Positions 1 through 8,039 of a DNA stretch of 24,000 nucleotides are shown here, piece after piece; positions within the stretch are counted from its first letter, which is position 1, and the number at the start of each line of letters is the position of its first letter. The position numbers and the translations under genes were made by a program. The notes under the pieces are model-generated. The model had not been told where the DNA came from and made no database searches. It was given only the letters and a program-made list of their open reading frames with translations. The stretch is from Aerococcus sp. (lineage in GTDB: Bacteria > Bacillota > Bacilli > Lactobacillales > Aerococcaceae), in the NCBI GenBank assembly GCA_022768285.1, contig JALEMJ010000017.1:36964-60963 (forward strand), read 5' to 3'.

Positions 1-124
1 CTGTTTCATCATTAGCGATCGCGCCTAAACCAAATACGGTTTCGGTTGGAAAAGCTACGAGTTCACCCGCTTGTAGCGCCTCCGCTGCTTCATCCAAAGT
101 GTCCTTTGTATATATTTCTGTCAT
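1..124 (-). CDS. L-threonylcarbamoyladenylate synthase (Sua5/YwlC/TsaC family); only the N-terminal ~41 codons are present and the gene runs off the left edge
   Basis: Absent from the ORF track. The reverse strand from ATG at 124-122 reads MTEIYTKDTLDEAAEALQAGELVAFPTETVFGLGAIANDET and stays open to position 1. The PTETVFGLG-type motif is the family hallmark. An AAGGGG SD lies at 133-138, 8 nt upstream. The position downstream of prmC matches the conserved Firmicutes order tdk-prfA-prmC-ywlC. Confidence 0.8.
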   Translation of the reverse strand, partial: MTEIYTKDTLDEAAEALQAGELVAFPTETVFGLGAIANDET

Positions 125-136
125 TTTTTATACCCC

Positions 137-1003
137 TTACTTTGCTACTTCCATTGCTACAAAACGATCGATGCCCGTGTAATCTTTAATCACTTGAGAA
201 TGATTGTTTGGGTAGTTTGCTGTCAAAAGCCTTAAAAGCCTCTCTGATTGTTGATAACCACACTCCGCCATAAAGAAACCGTGATGCTTCAATAAAGTAT
301 CCAGTGTCGGAATCAAGCGCTCATAGAAAGCATATCCCTCATCATCAGCAAAAAGTGCCAAATGGGGTTCATACTTTCGGACATCGGCACCCATGATATC
401 CACCTCTGACTCTGCAATATATGGCGGGTTTGTGACAATAATATCAAACGTTTCATTCGCAACTGGCGTAATTAAATCGCCTAATAGGAAACGAATCGAG
501 ACATCATAATAGCGCGCATTCTGCTGTGCAATTGCTAATGCCTGCTCACTAATATCTGTTGCCGTAATTTTCAACGTTGGGCACTCATGCTTTAAAGCGA
601 TCGCAATAGCGCCACTTCCTGTCCCAATATCTAAAACACGCGCATCATTCGCATGCTGCCCCGTAGCGATCCGCTGAAGAACGGTTTCAACGATGCCTTC
701 CGTCTCTTGCCTTGGAATCAAAACATCTTCACTCACCATTAATGACAAGCCATGAAACCATGCCTGTCTGGAAACATACTGATACGGATAATCGTCTAGT
801 GCAATTCGTTGGATACCTCGTGAGTAAGTCTTTAACACATTATTAGGCACTGAGTCGTTTAAATGGTTTATACGAGCCGTGAGTGACCAATGCATTAAAT
901 CATCCATTAACCACTGTGCAATTGCGGGATCTTTATGTTTCTTATCTAGAAAAAAAGAAGCCGTTCTCACAGCTTCTTTGAACGTTGGATTAGATTGCAT
1001 CAT
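137..1003 (-). CDS. prmC: Release-factor glutamine N5-methyltransferase (HemK/PrmC)
   Basis: 288-aa ORF with the SAM-binding motif LDIGTGSGAIA and the catalytic NPPY motif (VTNPPYI). The ATGATG start overlaps the prfA stop by 14 nt, which suggests translational coupling with its substrate gene. Confidence 0.93.
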   Translation of the reverse strand: MMQSNPTFKEAVRTASFFLDKKHKDPAIAQWLMDDLMHWSLTARINHLNDSVPNNVLKTYSRGIQRIALDDYPYQYVSRQAWFHGLSLMVSEDVLIPRQETEGIVETVLQRIATGQHANDARVLDIGTGSGAIAIALKHECPTLKITATDISEQALAIAQQNARYYDVSIRFLLGDLITPVANETFDIIVTNPPYIAESEVDIMGADVRKYEPHLALFADDEGYAFYERLIPTLDTLLKHHGFFMAECGYQQSERLLRLLTANYPNNHSQVIKDYTGIDRFVAMEVAK

Positions 1004-2081
1004 TACTTAATGCCTCTAATTTTTCAGTTTGATCGGCCAATACCAGTGCGTCAATAATTGTATCGAGTTCACCAGTCATAATGCGATCCAATTTTTGGAT
1101 AGTGAGACCGATACGGTGATCGGTGACACGATTTTGAGGATAATTGTACGTACGAATACGTTCGGAGCGATCCCCTGTACCGACCAAATCTTTACGTTCA
1201 CTCTCATACTGCTCTTCATTCTGCGATTCATAGTAATCGTATACGCGGGCACGCAGAATCATCATCGCTTTCTCCCGATTCTGTTGCTGTGAACGTTGAT
1301 CTTGCATCGCAACAACAATACCGGTTGGAATATGCGTCAAACGTACTGCGGAACTAGTCTTGTTAATGTGCTGCCCGCCCGCACCGCTCGAGCGATAGAC
1401 ATCTGTGCGGATATCGGTATCATCAATCTCATAATCAAGTGCTTCAAATTCAGGCATAACGACTACTGTCGCTGTTGACGTATGCACACGCCCTTGTGAT
1501 TCTGTTTTTGGGACACGTTGTACACGATGCGCACCACTCTCGAATTTTAACTTAGAGAAAACTTTTTCACCGGTGATGCTAATGATAATTTCTTTATAAC
1601 CACCAACATCGTTTGGCGATGCGGAAATAACTTCAACTTTCCAGCCCTGAGACTCAGCATAACGAGAGTACATATTGTATAGATCAGCAGCAAAAATCTG
1701 TGCCTCGTCACCACCCGCAGCACCACGAATCTCCATTATAATATTCTTATCATCATTCGGATCACTTGGTATCATTAGGCGCTTAATATTATCTTGTAAC
1801 GCTTCTTCTTCTCCCTCGAGATCACTGAGTTCTAACTTGGCGAGGTCTTTCATCTCATCATCGGAATCCGAATCGTTCAAAATCTCTTTCGCGCCATCAA
1901 TTTGTTCTTCAATCTCACGATAATGTTTGAATGCTTCCACTTTAGGTCGGAGGTCAGCTTCCTCGCGTGAAAGATCCCGAAAACGTTTTTGATCACTGAT
2001 CACATCCGGATCACTCAACATTTCAGCAACTTCTTGATATCTAGCGATGAATGTATCAATCTGTTCATCAATATTTAACAT
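990..2081 (-). CDS. prfA: Peptide chain release factor 1
   Basis: 363 aa with the GGQ motif (SGAGGQHINKT). It carries a P-x-T tripeptide (RVPKTESQGR) as in RF1 rather than the SPF of RF2. The frame is uninterrupted. A GGAGGA SD lies in the last codons of tdk, 1 nt after the tdk stop. Confidence 0.97.
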   Translation of the reverse strand: MLNIDEQIDTFIARYQEVAEMLSDPDVISDQKRFRDLSREEADLRPKVEAFKHYREIEEQIDGAKEILNDSDSDDEMKDLAKLELSDLEGEEEALQDNIKRLMIPSDPNDDKNIIMEIRGAAGGDEAQIFAADLYNMYSRYAESQGWKVEVISASPNDVGGYKEIIISITGEKVFSKLKFESGAHRVQRVPKTESQGRVHTSTATVVVMPEFEALDYEIDDTDIRTDVYRSSGAGGQHINKTSSAVRLTHIPTGIVVAMQDQRSQQQNREKAMMILRARVYDYYESQNEEQYESERKDLVGTGDRSERIRTYNYPQNRVTDHRIGLTIQKLDRIMTGELDTIIDALVLADQTEKLEALSNDAI

Positions 2082-2082
2082 T

Positions 2083-2694
2083 TTATTCCTCCATGTCAGC
2101 CAGTGATTGATTATTTCCTAATGGTGGATGGTAATAATGTTTACGGCATACGGGGTAATACGATTCATTACCCCCCGTTTGAATTTGTTCGCCTTCGTAC
2201 ACTGGCTGGCCATCATTCACACGCAAATTCATAATTGCTTTGCGCCCACAGAACCAGCAAATTGTTTTAACTTCTTCAATTTTTTCGGCGAGTGTCAGTA
2301 ACGCTTCGGAGCCTTCGAATAGCTCATTGCGAAAATCATTTTTTAAACCGAAAGCCATCACTGGAATGCCCAGTTCGTCAACAACGCGCGCGCAAGCTTC
2401 AACTTGATGCTTTGGCAGAAATTGCGCTTCGTCTACTAGCACGCAGTATACTTTTTCTTCCGCGTTTGCTTGTGCCACAATATTAAATATATCTGTGTTT
2501 TTATCAATATCAATCGCTTGTCGGGATTCACCGACTCGACTTTCAATCATACCGGAAGCACTACGATCATCAACTACGCTCTTCATTGTCAATACGCGTT
2601 TATGTTGCTCTTCATAATTATGAGCAACTTTGATAATCTCGAATGTCTTACCACTATTCATTGCACCATACCGAAAAAATAACTGGGCCATCAT
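2083..2694 (-). CDS. tdk: Thymidine kinase (type II, Zn-ribbon lasso type)
   Basis: Contains the P-loop [16 protein letters not shown] and Cys pairs CWFC...CRKH. The ORF track starts at 2715 (MSSEGKV), but a GAAGGGAAGG SD lies inside those codons and the predicted transcription start site (TSS) falls near 2715. I therefore prefer ATGATG at 2694/2691 (MMAQLFF). Confidence 0.9.
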   Translation of the reverse strand: MMAQLFFRYGAMNSGKTFEIIKVAHNYEEQHKRVLTMKSVVDDRSASGMIESRVGESRQAIDIDKNTDIFNIVAQANAEEKVYCVLVDEAQFLPKHQVEACARVVDELGIPVMAFGLKNDFRNELFEGSEALLTLAEKIEEVKTICWFCGRKAIMNLRVNDGQPVYEGEQIQTGGNESYYPVCRKHYYHPPLGNNQSLADMEE

Positions 2695-2721
2695 TACCTT
2701 CCCTTCACTTGACATTTACTA

Positions 2722-2750
2722 ATCTTAGCTAAGGGCCCCGAGGTTGTCAA
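2722..2750 (-). promoter_or_regulatory. Putative sigma-A promoter of tdk-prfA-prmC-ywlC
   Basis: The minus strand reads TTGACA (2750-2745), a 17-nt spacer, then TAAGAT (2727-2722). Consensus scan by eye only. Confidence 0.5.
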
Positions 2751-2774
2751 TCATGCAGAAGAATGTGCTAAAAT
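2744..2774 (+). promoter_or_regulatory. Putative promoter of murT-gatD (extended -10)
   Basis: TGcTAAAAT extended -10 at 2766-2774. The TTGTCA -35-like box at 2744-2749 sits at a long 19-nt spacing. ATG follows at 2805 after an AGGAAAGGAGG SD. Confidence 0.4.
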
Positions 2775-2804
2775 ATATGTTATTGATAGGAAAGGAGGTT
2801 CCCG

Positions 2805-4169
2805 ATGACTGTAAAGGGTACCTTAGCAAAAAATATTGCTCAGCTATCACAATCCGTATTGAAGAAGTACGCTGGCGGTGGCTCGAGCTTTCCAGGAAAA
2901 ATTGCCGAGAAAATTGATCCTGAGATTCTCTCAGAATTAGGCGCTAACTATGATGTGGTAATTATTACTGGAACGAATGGGAAAACAATGACAACTTCCC
3001 TAACTGTAAATATCTTAAAACAGAAATTTCAGCACGTTTTAACGAACGATACCGGTTCTAACCTCAAGCAGGGGATTATTGCGACGTTCACCGGTGACAA
3101 CATCCCAGAATTGGAAGACGGTGAACGACCAGTTGCTGTGTTGGAAGTTGATGAAGCAACAGTTCGCCACATCACCAAGTATATCCAACCTAAACTGATC
3201 GTAGCTACGAATATTTTTAGAGATCAGATGGATCGTTACGGCGAAATTTATACGATTTTTGACTATATCAAAGAAGGTGCTGCGTTATCTCCAGATACGC
3301 CTCTGCTTTTGAATGGAGATGCTGCCATCTTTAACGATGCATCAATTGTCAATCCGACATTCTACTTTGGGTTTAAGAATGATGATCTTGAGACAGATAA
3401 GCGCGCACATTACAACACGGATAATGTCCTCTGTCCAATATGTCACGGATTATTACATTACCATATGATTACATACAGTAATCTCGGTGATTATTACTGT
3501 CCAAACTGTGGCTTTAAGCGCCCTACTTTGGCGTACCAAGTGACAGATATCAAGAAATTAACGCCAGATGCTTCCATTTTTGACTTAAACGGCGAAACAT
3601 ACCAGTTGCCAGTTGCAGGGACATATAATATTTATAACGCTTTAGCTGCTTTTTCGATCGGTAAATTTTTTGGATTAACTGACGAAGAAATTCGTACTGG
3701 TTTTTTATCAGCTACTCGTGTATTTGGGCGCCAAGAAGTGATTGCGATAGAGGGTAAACTGATTCGTATCAATCTGATCAAGAATCCGGTTGGGTTTAAT
3801 CAGATCACGGAGATTATTAAATTACAAGATGATCCTTATACATTGATTACCCTATTGAATGATCAGCCAGCAGACGGCAAAGATGTCAGCTGGATATGGG
3901 CTGCCGATTTCGAATCACTCGCACAAATGCCTGGTAATCAGCAACAAATGATTGGGGGGCATCGTGTAGAAGCGCTCAAGCAACGCTTACTCGTCGCCGG
4001 CTTTGATCCTAAAACTATGTATGAGGTTAACTCTATGGAAGGTGTCATTAATGCGATCAAGAGTGCACCAACTGAAACAATCAATATTTTAACCACCTAC
4101 ACTGCTATGCTTTCGCTACGTAAAACATTAGCAGAAAAAGGGTATGTGAAGGAGCGGATGCGCGCATGA
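2805..4169 (+). CDS. murT: Lipid II isoglutaminyl synthase, Mur-ligase-like subunit MurT
   Basis: 454 aa with the Mur-ligase P-loop ITGTNGKTMTT. It has the Cys4 ribbon CPIC...CPNC characteristic of MurT and a C-terminal DUF1727-like region. It is coupled to the downstream amidotransferase by an ATGA overlap. Confidence 0.9.
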   Translation: MTVKGTLAKNIAQLSQSVLKKYAGGGSSFPGKIAEKIDPEILSELGANYDVVIITGTNGKTMTTSLTVNILKQKFQHVLTNDTGSNLKQGIIATFTGDNIPELEDGERPVAVLEVDEATVRHITKYIQPKLIVATNIFRDQMDRYGEIYTIFDYIKEGAALSPDTPLLLNGDAAIFNDASIVNPTFYFGFKNDDLETDKRAHYNTDNVLCPICHGLLHYHMITYSNLGDYYCPNCGFKRPTLAYQVTDIKKLTPDASIFDLNGETYQLPVAGTYNIYNALAAFSIGKFFGLTDEEIRTGFLSATRVFGRQEVIAIEGKLIRINLIKNPVGFNQITEIIKLQDDPYTLITLLNDQPADGKDVSWIWAADFESLAQMPGNQQQMIGGHRVEALKQRLLVAGFDPKTMYEVNSMEGVINAIKSAPTETINILTTYTAMLSLRKTLAEKGYVKERMRA

Positions 4170-4807
4170 CACTGAGAATTTGTCACTTATATGGTGACCT
4201 CATGAATACATACGGGGATAATGGTAATTTGTTGATGCTGGAATACCTAGCAAAACAGCAAACTGACAATGTCTCTATTGAACTCGTTTCACTCGAAGAG
4301 AATTTTGATCCAGAGCGTTACGATCTCGTTTTCTTCGGTGGCGGCCAAGATTTTGAACAGACAGTTGTTGCTGAAGACCTTGTCAATAAAGGCGACGGTA
4401 TCAAACAGTACATTGAGTCTGGTGGTGTTATGTTGGCTATTTGTGGTGGCTACCAGCTTCTCGGTCATGAATACGCAATGACGAATGGCACTACCGTTAA
4501 AGGCATTGGAGCGATTGATTATTACACCACAAGTCAAAATCAACGTTTAATTGGTGACTTGACAATTTATAATGAGCGATTTGATCAGACCTATTACGGT
4601 TACGAAAATCATGCGGGACGTACGTATCTTGGTAAAGGTGTTACACCACTGGGAACCGTTATTGCTGGATATGGCAATAACGGCGAAGACCTCAAGGAAG
4701 GCGTTATGTACAAAAATACATTTTGCTCCTACTTCCATGGACCGCTCATTGTTAGAAATCCTTCGCTCGGAAATCATCTGATCACTCTTGCACTAGACAA
4801 CCAGTAA
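4166..4807 (+). CDS. gatD: Lipid II isoglutaminyl synthase, glutaminase subunit GatD (CobQ/CobB-type GATase)
   Basis: 213 aa with the N-terminal LRICHLYGDLMNTYGDNGN. The nucleophile Cys sits in LAICGGYQLLG and a His in YFHGPL. There is a 4-nt ATGA overlap with murT. Confidence 0.9.
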   Translation: MTLRICHLYGDLMNTYGDNGNLLMLEYLAKQQTDNVSIELVSLEENFDPERYDLVFFGGGQDFEQTVVAEDLVNKGDGIKQYIESGGVMLAICGGYQLLGHEYAMTNGTTVKGIGAIDYYTTSQNQRLIGDLTIYNERFDQTYYGYENHAGRTYLGKGVTPLGTVIAGYGNNGEDLKEGVMYKNTFCSYFHGPLIVRNPSLGNHLITLALDNQ

Positions 4808-4820
4808 TCGTGTCCAAACT

Positions 4821-4844
4821 AAAACCCGCGACAGCGGGTTTTTT
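4821..4844. terminator. Bidirectional intrinsic terminator between convergent gatD and the AI-2E transporter gene
   Basis: AAAACCCGC-gaca-GCGGGTTTTTT forms a perfect GC-rich stem flanked by an A-run and a T-run. It reads as hairpin plus U-tract on both strands. Confidence 0.85.
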
Positions 4845-4851
4845 CTTGTGC

Positions 4852-6105
4852 TTATGAATTATTGTCTTCACCTGGCGCCTTTGCAATATCTTCGTTTTCA
4901 GCTTTCTCACGTTCAGCGTTCTCATCAAATGGAAAAACCTCTTGACCATTTTCGTCCTCATACAAACCGGAAATATCGTGATACCAGCGGAAGATATACA
5001 TAAAGATAACTTTAAGCACAGCATAGATTGGAATAATAAAAATAATTCCAAGAACGCCCCACATATTACCACCCGCAATCAGCAGTAACATGATAATCAC
5101 TGGGTGAATATGGAGATTCGACCCCAAAACAAGTGGTGAGATGATGCGACTCTCAATTCCTTGTTCGATCGCGAACACTAATAATACTTTAATAAGCATT
5201 AATGGACTATCAACCACCGCTACAATAATTGCCGGGACAATTCCCAAAAACGAACCTAAATAAGGAATGATATTTAATACCCCTGCAGTCACACCAATAA
5301 TAAGTCCAAAATCCAAGCCGATGATCGTATAGCCGATAACAAACATAATCGTAACAGCTATCGCCACTAAAATTTGACCACGAATATAGCCTGAAACCTG
5401 ACCATTCATATCGCTTAGCATATCCAATGTCGTTTTACGAATTTTGATAGGAAGGAACGGGGCAATCTTTTCCTTTATTTTAGGTGTATCTTTGAGCATA
5501 TAGAACAGAATGATCGGTGCTGTAAGTATCGCAACGGCAATCTGCGCGATCACACCTAAAATAGATGTTAAGCCGCTCCACGTATTATTGAATAACCTGC
5601 TCCAGTTCCAATCTAAACTGTAGATGTAGTTAAAGATCTTATCAAAATTTAATTGAAGATCCGAGAAGATATTTTTTGGCAGATAATTGAGTATCTGATC
5701 CTGGTACATAGACCAAATATCTCCCCATTGCATCAAGAAATCCTTTGCCTGCGCAATAATCGCTGGTATCCAGGCGATGAATAAGCCTATCAAAACGACT
5801 AATAATGCTAAAACAAACCAAGTCCCATAAATACGCTTAAGCCCTTTTCGCTCCAAGAAATTAACAATTGGTACCGTTAAATAGTACAACACGGATCCTA
5901 ATATGATCGGTAACAAGATCGTTTTAATAAAGCGCCACAAGGGATTTAAAAAGACATTTACTTTTGTCAGTAGTAATAGTAATAAACAAACAAGTATAGC
6001 AACTGTCAGTATTAGGACGTAACGGCTATTCAGTACGCGTGTAAAGCGACTCCCCATCAACGTTTGTTCGTGATGGAGATGTTTTTGCTTTGGTTCTTTT
6101 TCCAT
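4852..6105 (-). CDS. AI-2E family transporter (UPF0118, PerM/YueF-like) with an acidic C-terminal tail
   Basis: 417-aa polytopic membrane protein whose conserved core (…NIIPYLG…, …LVLGSNLHIHPV…) is typical of the family. A GAGGGGGG SD precedes the ATG at 6105. The last ~40 residues are rich in D/E. Confidence 0.85.
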   Translation of the reverse strand: MEKEPKQKHLHHEQTLMGSRFTRVLNSRYVLILTVAILVCLLLLLLTKVNVFLNPLWRFIKTILLPIILGSVLYYLTVPIVNFLERKGLKRIYGTWFVLALLVVLIGLFIAWIPAIIAQAKDFLMQWGDIWSMYQDQILNYLPKNIFSDLQLNFDKIFNYIYSLDWNWSRLFNNTWSGLTSILGVIAQIAVAILTAPIILFYMLKDTPKIKEKIAPFLPIKIRKTTLDMLSDMNGQVSGYIRGQILVAIAVTIMFVIGYTIIGLDFGLIIGVTAGVLNIIPYLGSFLGIVPAIIVAVVDSPLMLIKVLLVFAIEQGIESRIISPLVLGSNLHIHPVIIMLLLIAGGNMWGVLGIIFIIPIYAVLKVIFMYIFRWYHDISGLYEDENGQEVFPFDENAEREKAENEDIAKAPGEDNNS

Positions 6106-6197
6106 TTAATTCCCCCCTCAATTGCTATCTAATTGTCGATTACAAACGTAACACATTTAATAAAAGAGGACTATTAATTTTTTGTAAATTATTCACC

Positions 6198-6226
6198 TTG
6201 ATCAAACGCAAACCATTTATTATGAT
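6198..6226 (+). promoter_or_regulatory. Putative sigma-A promoter of the lactonase gene
   Basis: TTGATC (6198-6203), a 17-nt spacer, then TATGAT (6221-6226). This predicts a TSS near 6233, downstream of the ORF-track start. Confidence 0.45.
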
Positions 6227-6263
6227 GAAAGCGTATATCGCATCCCTCAGAGAAAGGAACATC

Positions 6264-7277
6264 ATGATGGAGACACTTTATCTCGGTGGCTACACTAAGC
6301 AAAATAATAAAGGTATTCATACCTTAGCATTGAATGATGATGGTACATTTGGCTCATCGGCATTAATTATCGAGGAAACGAATCCAACATATTTTGCGTT
6401 ATCAAAGGATGAGCAGCACCTTTATACCTTAAGTCATTCCGAATCCCAACCTGGTGTTGCCCATTATCAACAGCATAACGGCCATTACAAATTCATTGAT
6501 CGTGTGACCTTTTTAGAGACTAATGGCTGTTATCTAGCCTTGGATGATGATCGCCAGCTACTCTACATTGCAAATTATCACGAAGGAAAATTAGCTGTCA
6601 TTAAGATTCAATCGGACGGCAGGCTATCGTTAATGAATATCACCTCACATATTGGTCAGGGCCCGAATGCAAATCAAGAAAGTGCACACTGTCATTTTCT
6701 CGACCGCACGCCAGATGGCTATCTGATTAGTTGCGACTTAGGCACAGATAGCGTCTCAACTTATAAACTATCTCTAGATTATAATCTTGTATTAAAAGAT
6801 GATTATCACGCGAAGCCAGGGACCGGAACCCGACACCTTACCTTCCACCCTAATGGTCACTATGCTTATATCATTGGCGAACTCTCCAATACTATTGATG
6901 TTTGTCAGTATGATGATGGTCATTTATCACTTATCGAGCGCGTAAATATTACAGATAACACAGCAGACACTGGTGCAGCGGCGATACGCGTCACATCAGA
7001 TGGTCACTTTTTGTATGCATCGACACGCAGCACCGATACACTAACGTCTTTCAAACTTTCAACTGCTGGCGACCACCTCACACGTATCCAGACAGTCAGC
7101 ACTGGCGGTCGCATGCCGCGAGACTTTAATTTCAATCGTACAGAAGACTATGTGATTGTTGGTCATCAAGAATCATCAGATATCAGTTTATTCAGCCGTG
7201 ATCATGAGACAGGACTTTTAACGCAACAAGCCACACATGCCGCAATACCTGAGATCGTATGTATTCGCAATAGTTAA
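6264..7277 (+). CDS. Lactonase family 7-bladed beta-propeller protein (6-phosphogluconolactonase-like, YkgB/Pgl type)
   Basis: Family-typical stretches include LYLGGYT, LYIANYHEG, QESAHCHF...TPDG, DLGTD..STY, GTRHLTFHPNG and RDFNF. I prefer the start at ATG 6264 (MMETLY), which has an AAAGGA SD at 6253-6258. The ORF-track start at 6090 lies inside the divergent perM gene and upstream of the promoter. Confidence 0.8.
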   Translation: MMETLYLGGYTKQNNKGIHTLALNDDGTFGSSALIIEETNPTYFALSKDEQHLYTLSHSESQPGVAHYQQHNGHYKFIDRVTFLETNGCYLALDDDRQLLYIANYHEGKLAVIKIQSDGRLSLMNITSHIGQGPNANQESAHCHFLDRTPDGYLISCDLGTDSVSTYKLSLDYNLVLKDDYHAKPGTGTRHLTFHPNGHYAYIIGELSNTIDVCQYDDGHLSLIERVNITDNTADTGAAAIRVTSDGHFLYASTRSTDTLTSFKLSTAGDHLTRIQTVSTGGRMPRDFNFNRTEDYVIVGHQESSDISLFSRDHETGLLTQQATHAAIPEIVCIRNS

Positions 7278-7300
7278 TTATTAGCCATTTTAATAGTCAA

Positions 7301-7338
7301 AACGCCGAGTATCTAAACAAAGTAGTACTCGGCGTTTT
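7301..7338. terminator. Bidirectional terminator between the convergent lactonase and ACP genes
   Basis: AACGCCGAGTA (7301-7311) pairs with TACTCGGCGTT (7326-7336). It is flanked by AAA upstream and TTTT downstream. The loop is fairly large at 14 nt. Confidence 0.7.
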
Positions 7339-7373
7339 CATTAAGCTATTGCAGGTAAGCCACGTTAGACCAA

Positions 7374-7601
7374 TTAGCGATTCTCATCAACAAATTTCAC
7401 AAGGTCAGCAATCGTTTCGATAGTCATTTGATCTTCATCAATGGTAATACTAAATGTATCCTCTATATCATTGACAATTTGAAACAAATCAAGGCTGTCC
7501 GCTGATAAATCATCAGCTGGGTGTGTTGTCATCATAATCTCTTCTTCATCAATATCAAGCTGCGCACTGATTATTTCACGAATTTTTTCAAATGTGCTCA
7601 T
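7374..7601 (-). CDS. Acyl carrier protein (orphan, outside any fatty acid synthesis (FASII) cluster in this window)
   Basis: 75 aa and strongly acidic. It carries the phosphopantetheine attachment motif DLSADSLDLFQIV (DSL Ser) and has the four-helix ACP length and pattern. An AGGGAGAG SD lies upstream. Confidence 0.85.
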   Translation of the reverse strand: MSTFEKIREIISAQLDIDEEEIMMTTHPADDLSADSLDLFQIVNDIEDTFSITIDEDQMTIETIADLVKFVDENR

Positions 7602-7624
7602 ATGTGCACTCTCCCTCTATTGAC

Positions 7625-7999
7625 TTAAGACTTTTTATCCGCATTATCAGCTGTTTTAACGAAGCTATCGATGTCTTTAAAATTGACAGCCGTACGCTCC
7701 TCCAAAACATCCAACATTTCGCGATCTGATTGATCCCAAAAAATTTTGATGATAGCCGAATTATTTAATAATTTTTCAATTTCACCAACAATTTTATAAC
7801 CTCTGAACTTAAATTGAACCACGTCTCCAACTTCCGGACGGACATTTTCCTTAACCGCTTTGATCACTTCGACAGCTTCGTCATAAGGAATATCCAATAG
7901 TGTCGCGATACGAGATTTGCTTGTGCCACGGCGTAATTCTGTTTCTACTAAATCCTGCGTCTTTTTGTCGATTTTTTTAGCTGACTTACTTTTATTCAC
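7625..7999 (-). CDS. Small protein with a basic HTH-like N-terminal segment and a C-terminal DUF2187 (YkvS-like) domain
   Basis: 124 aa with a GTG start at 7999-7997 preceded by an AGGTGA SD. The N-terminal part RRGTSKSRIATLLDIPYDEAVEVI resembles a helix-turn-helix. The C-terminal part GDVVQFKF..G.IEKLLNNSAIIKI....ERTAVNFKD resembles B. subtilis YkvS as I recall it. The domain assignment is from memory and was not searched. Confidence 0.6.
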   Translation of the reverse strand: MNKSKSAKKIDKKTQDLVETELRRGTSKSRIATLLDIPYDEAVEVIKAVKENVRPEVGDVVQFKFRGYKIVGEIEKLLNNSAIIKIFWDQSDREMLDVLEERTAVNFKDIDSFVKTADNADKKS

Positions 8000-8039
8000 A
8001 AGATCACCTAAGCCTCTCTATTAGTACTTACTATCTACT

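Noticed and set aside
637-643. CACGCGC, the complement of the lactococcal Chi sequence GCGCGTG, inside prmC
   Set aside because: A single 7-mer occurrence is uninformative. Chi identity for this host is unknown, and testing for orientation bias requires genome-scale counting.
1029-1923. Three plus-strand ORFs (87, 60 and 82 aa) antisense to prfA
   Set aside because: They lie entirely inside a highly conserved gene on the other strand. They are low-complexity (S/I/L-rich), have no SD and no family resemblance. They are typical shadow ORFs.
990-2081. Programmed +1 frameshift in a release-factor gene
   Set aside because: That mechanism belongs to prfB (RF2). This gene is RF1 (PxT motif) and has one uninterrupted frame.
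4269-5078. Small ORFs nested in or antisense to gatD and the 3' end of the AI-2E transporter gene (70, 84, 76, 69 and 98 aa)
   Set aside because: They are out-of-frame or antisense overlaps of well-supported genes. They have no SD. One of them (4782-5078) spans the bidirectional terminator.
6106-6263. Regulatory RNA, small ORF or cre site in the longest intergenic region, including the in-frame MMKAYIASLRERNI extension
   Set aside because: The 158 nt are accounted for by divergent promoter and SD elements. The TGTAAATTATTCA stretch lacks the central CG of a cre box. The upstream ATGs overlap the -10 box and have no SD. The perM-side promoter is ambiguous (TTGATC-17-AAAAAT or TTTACA-17-TTTTAT), so it is not listed as a feature.
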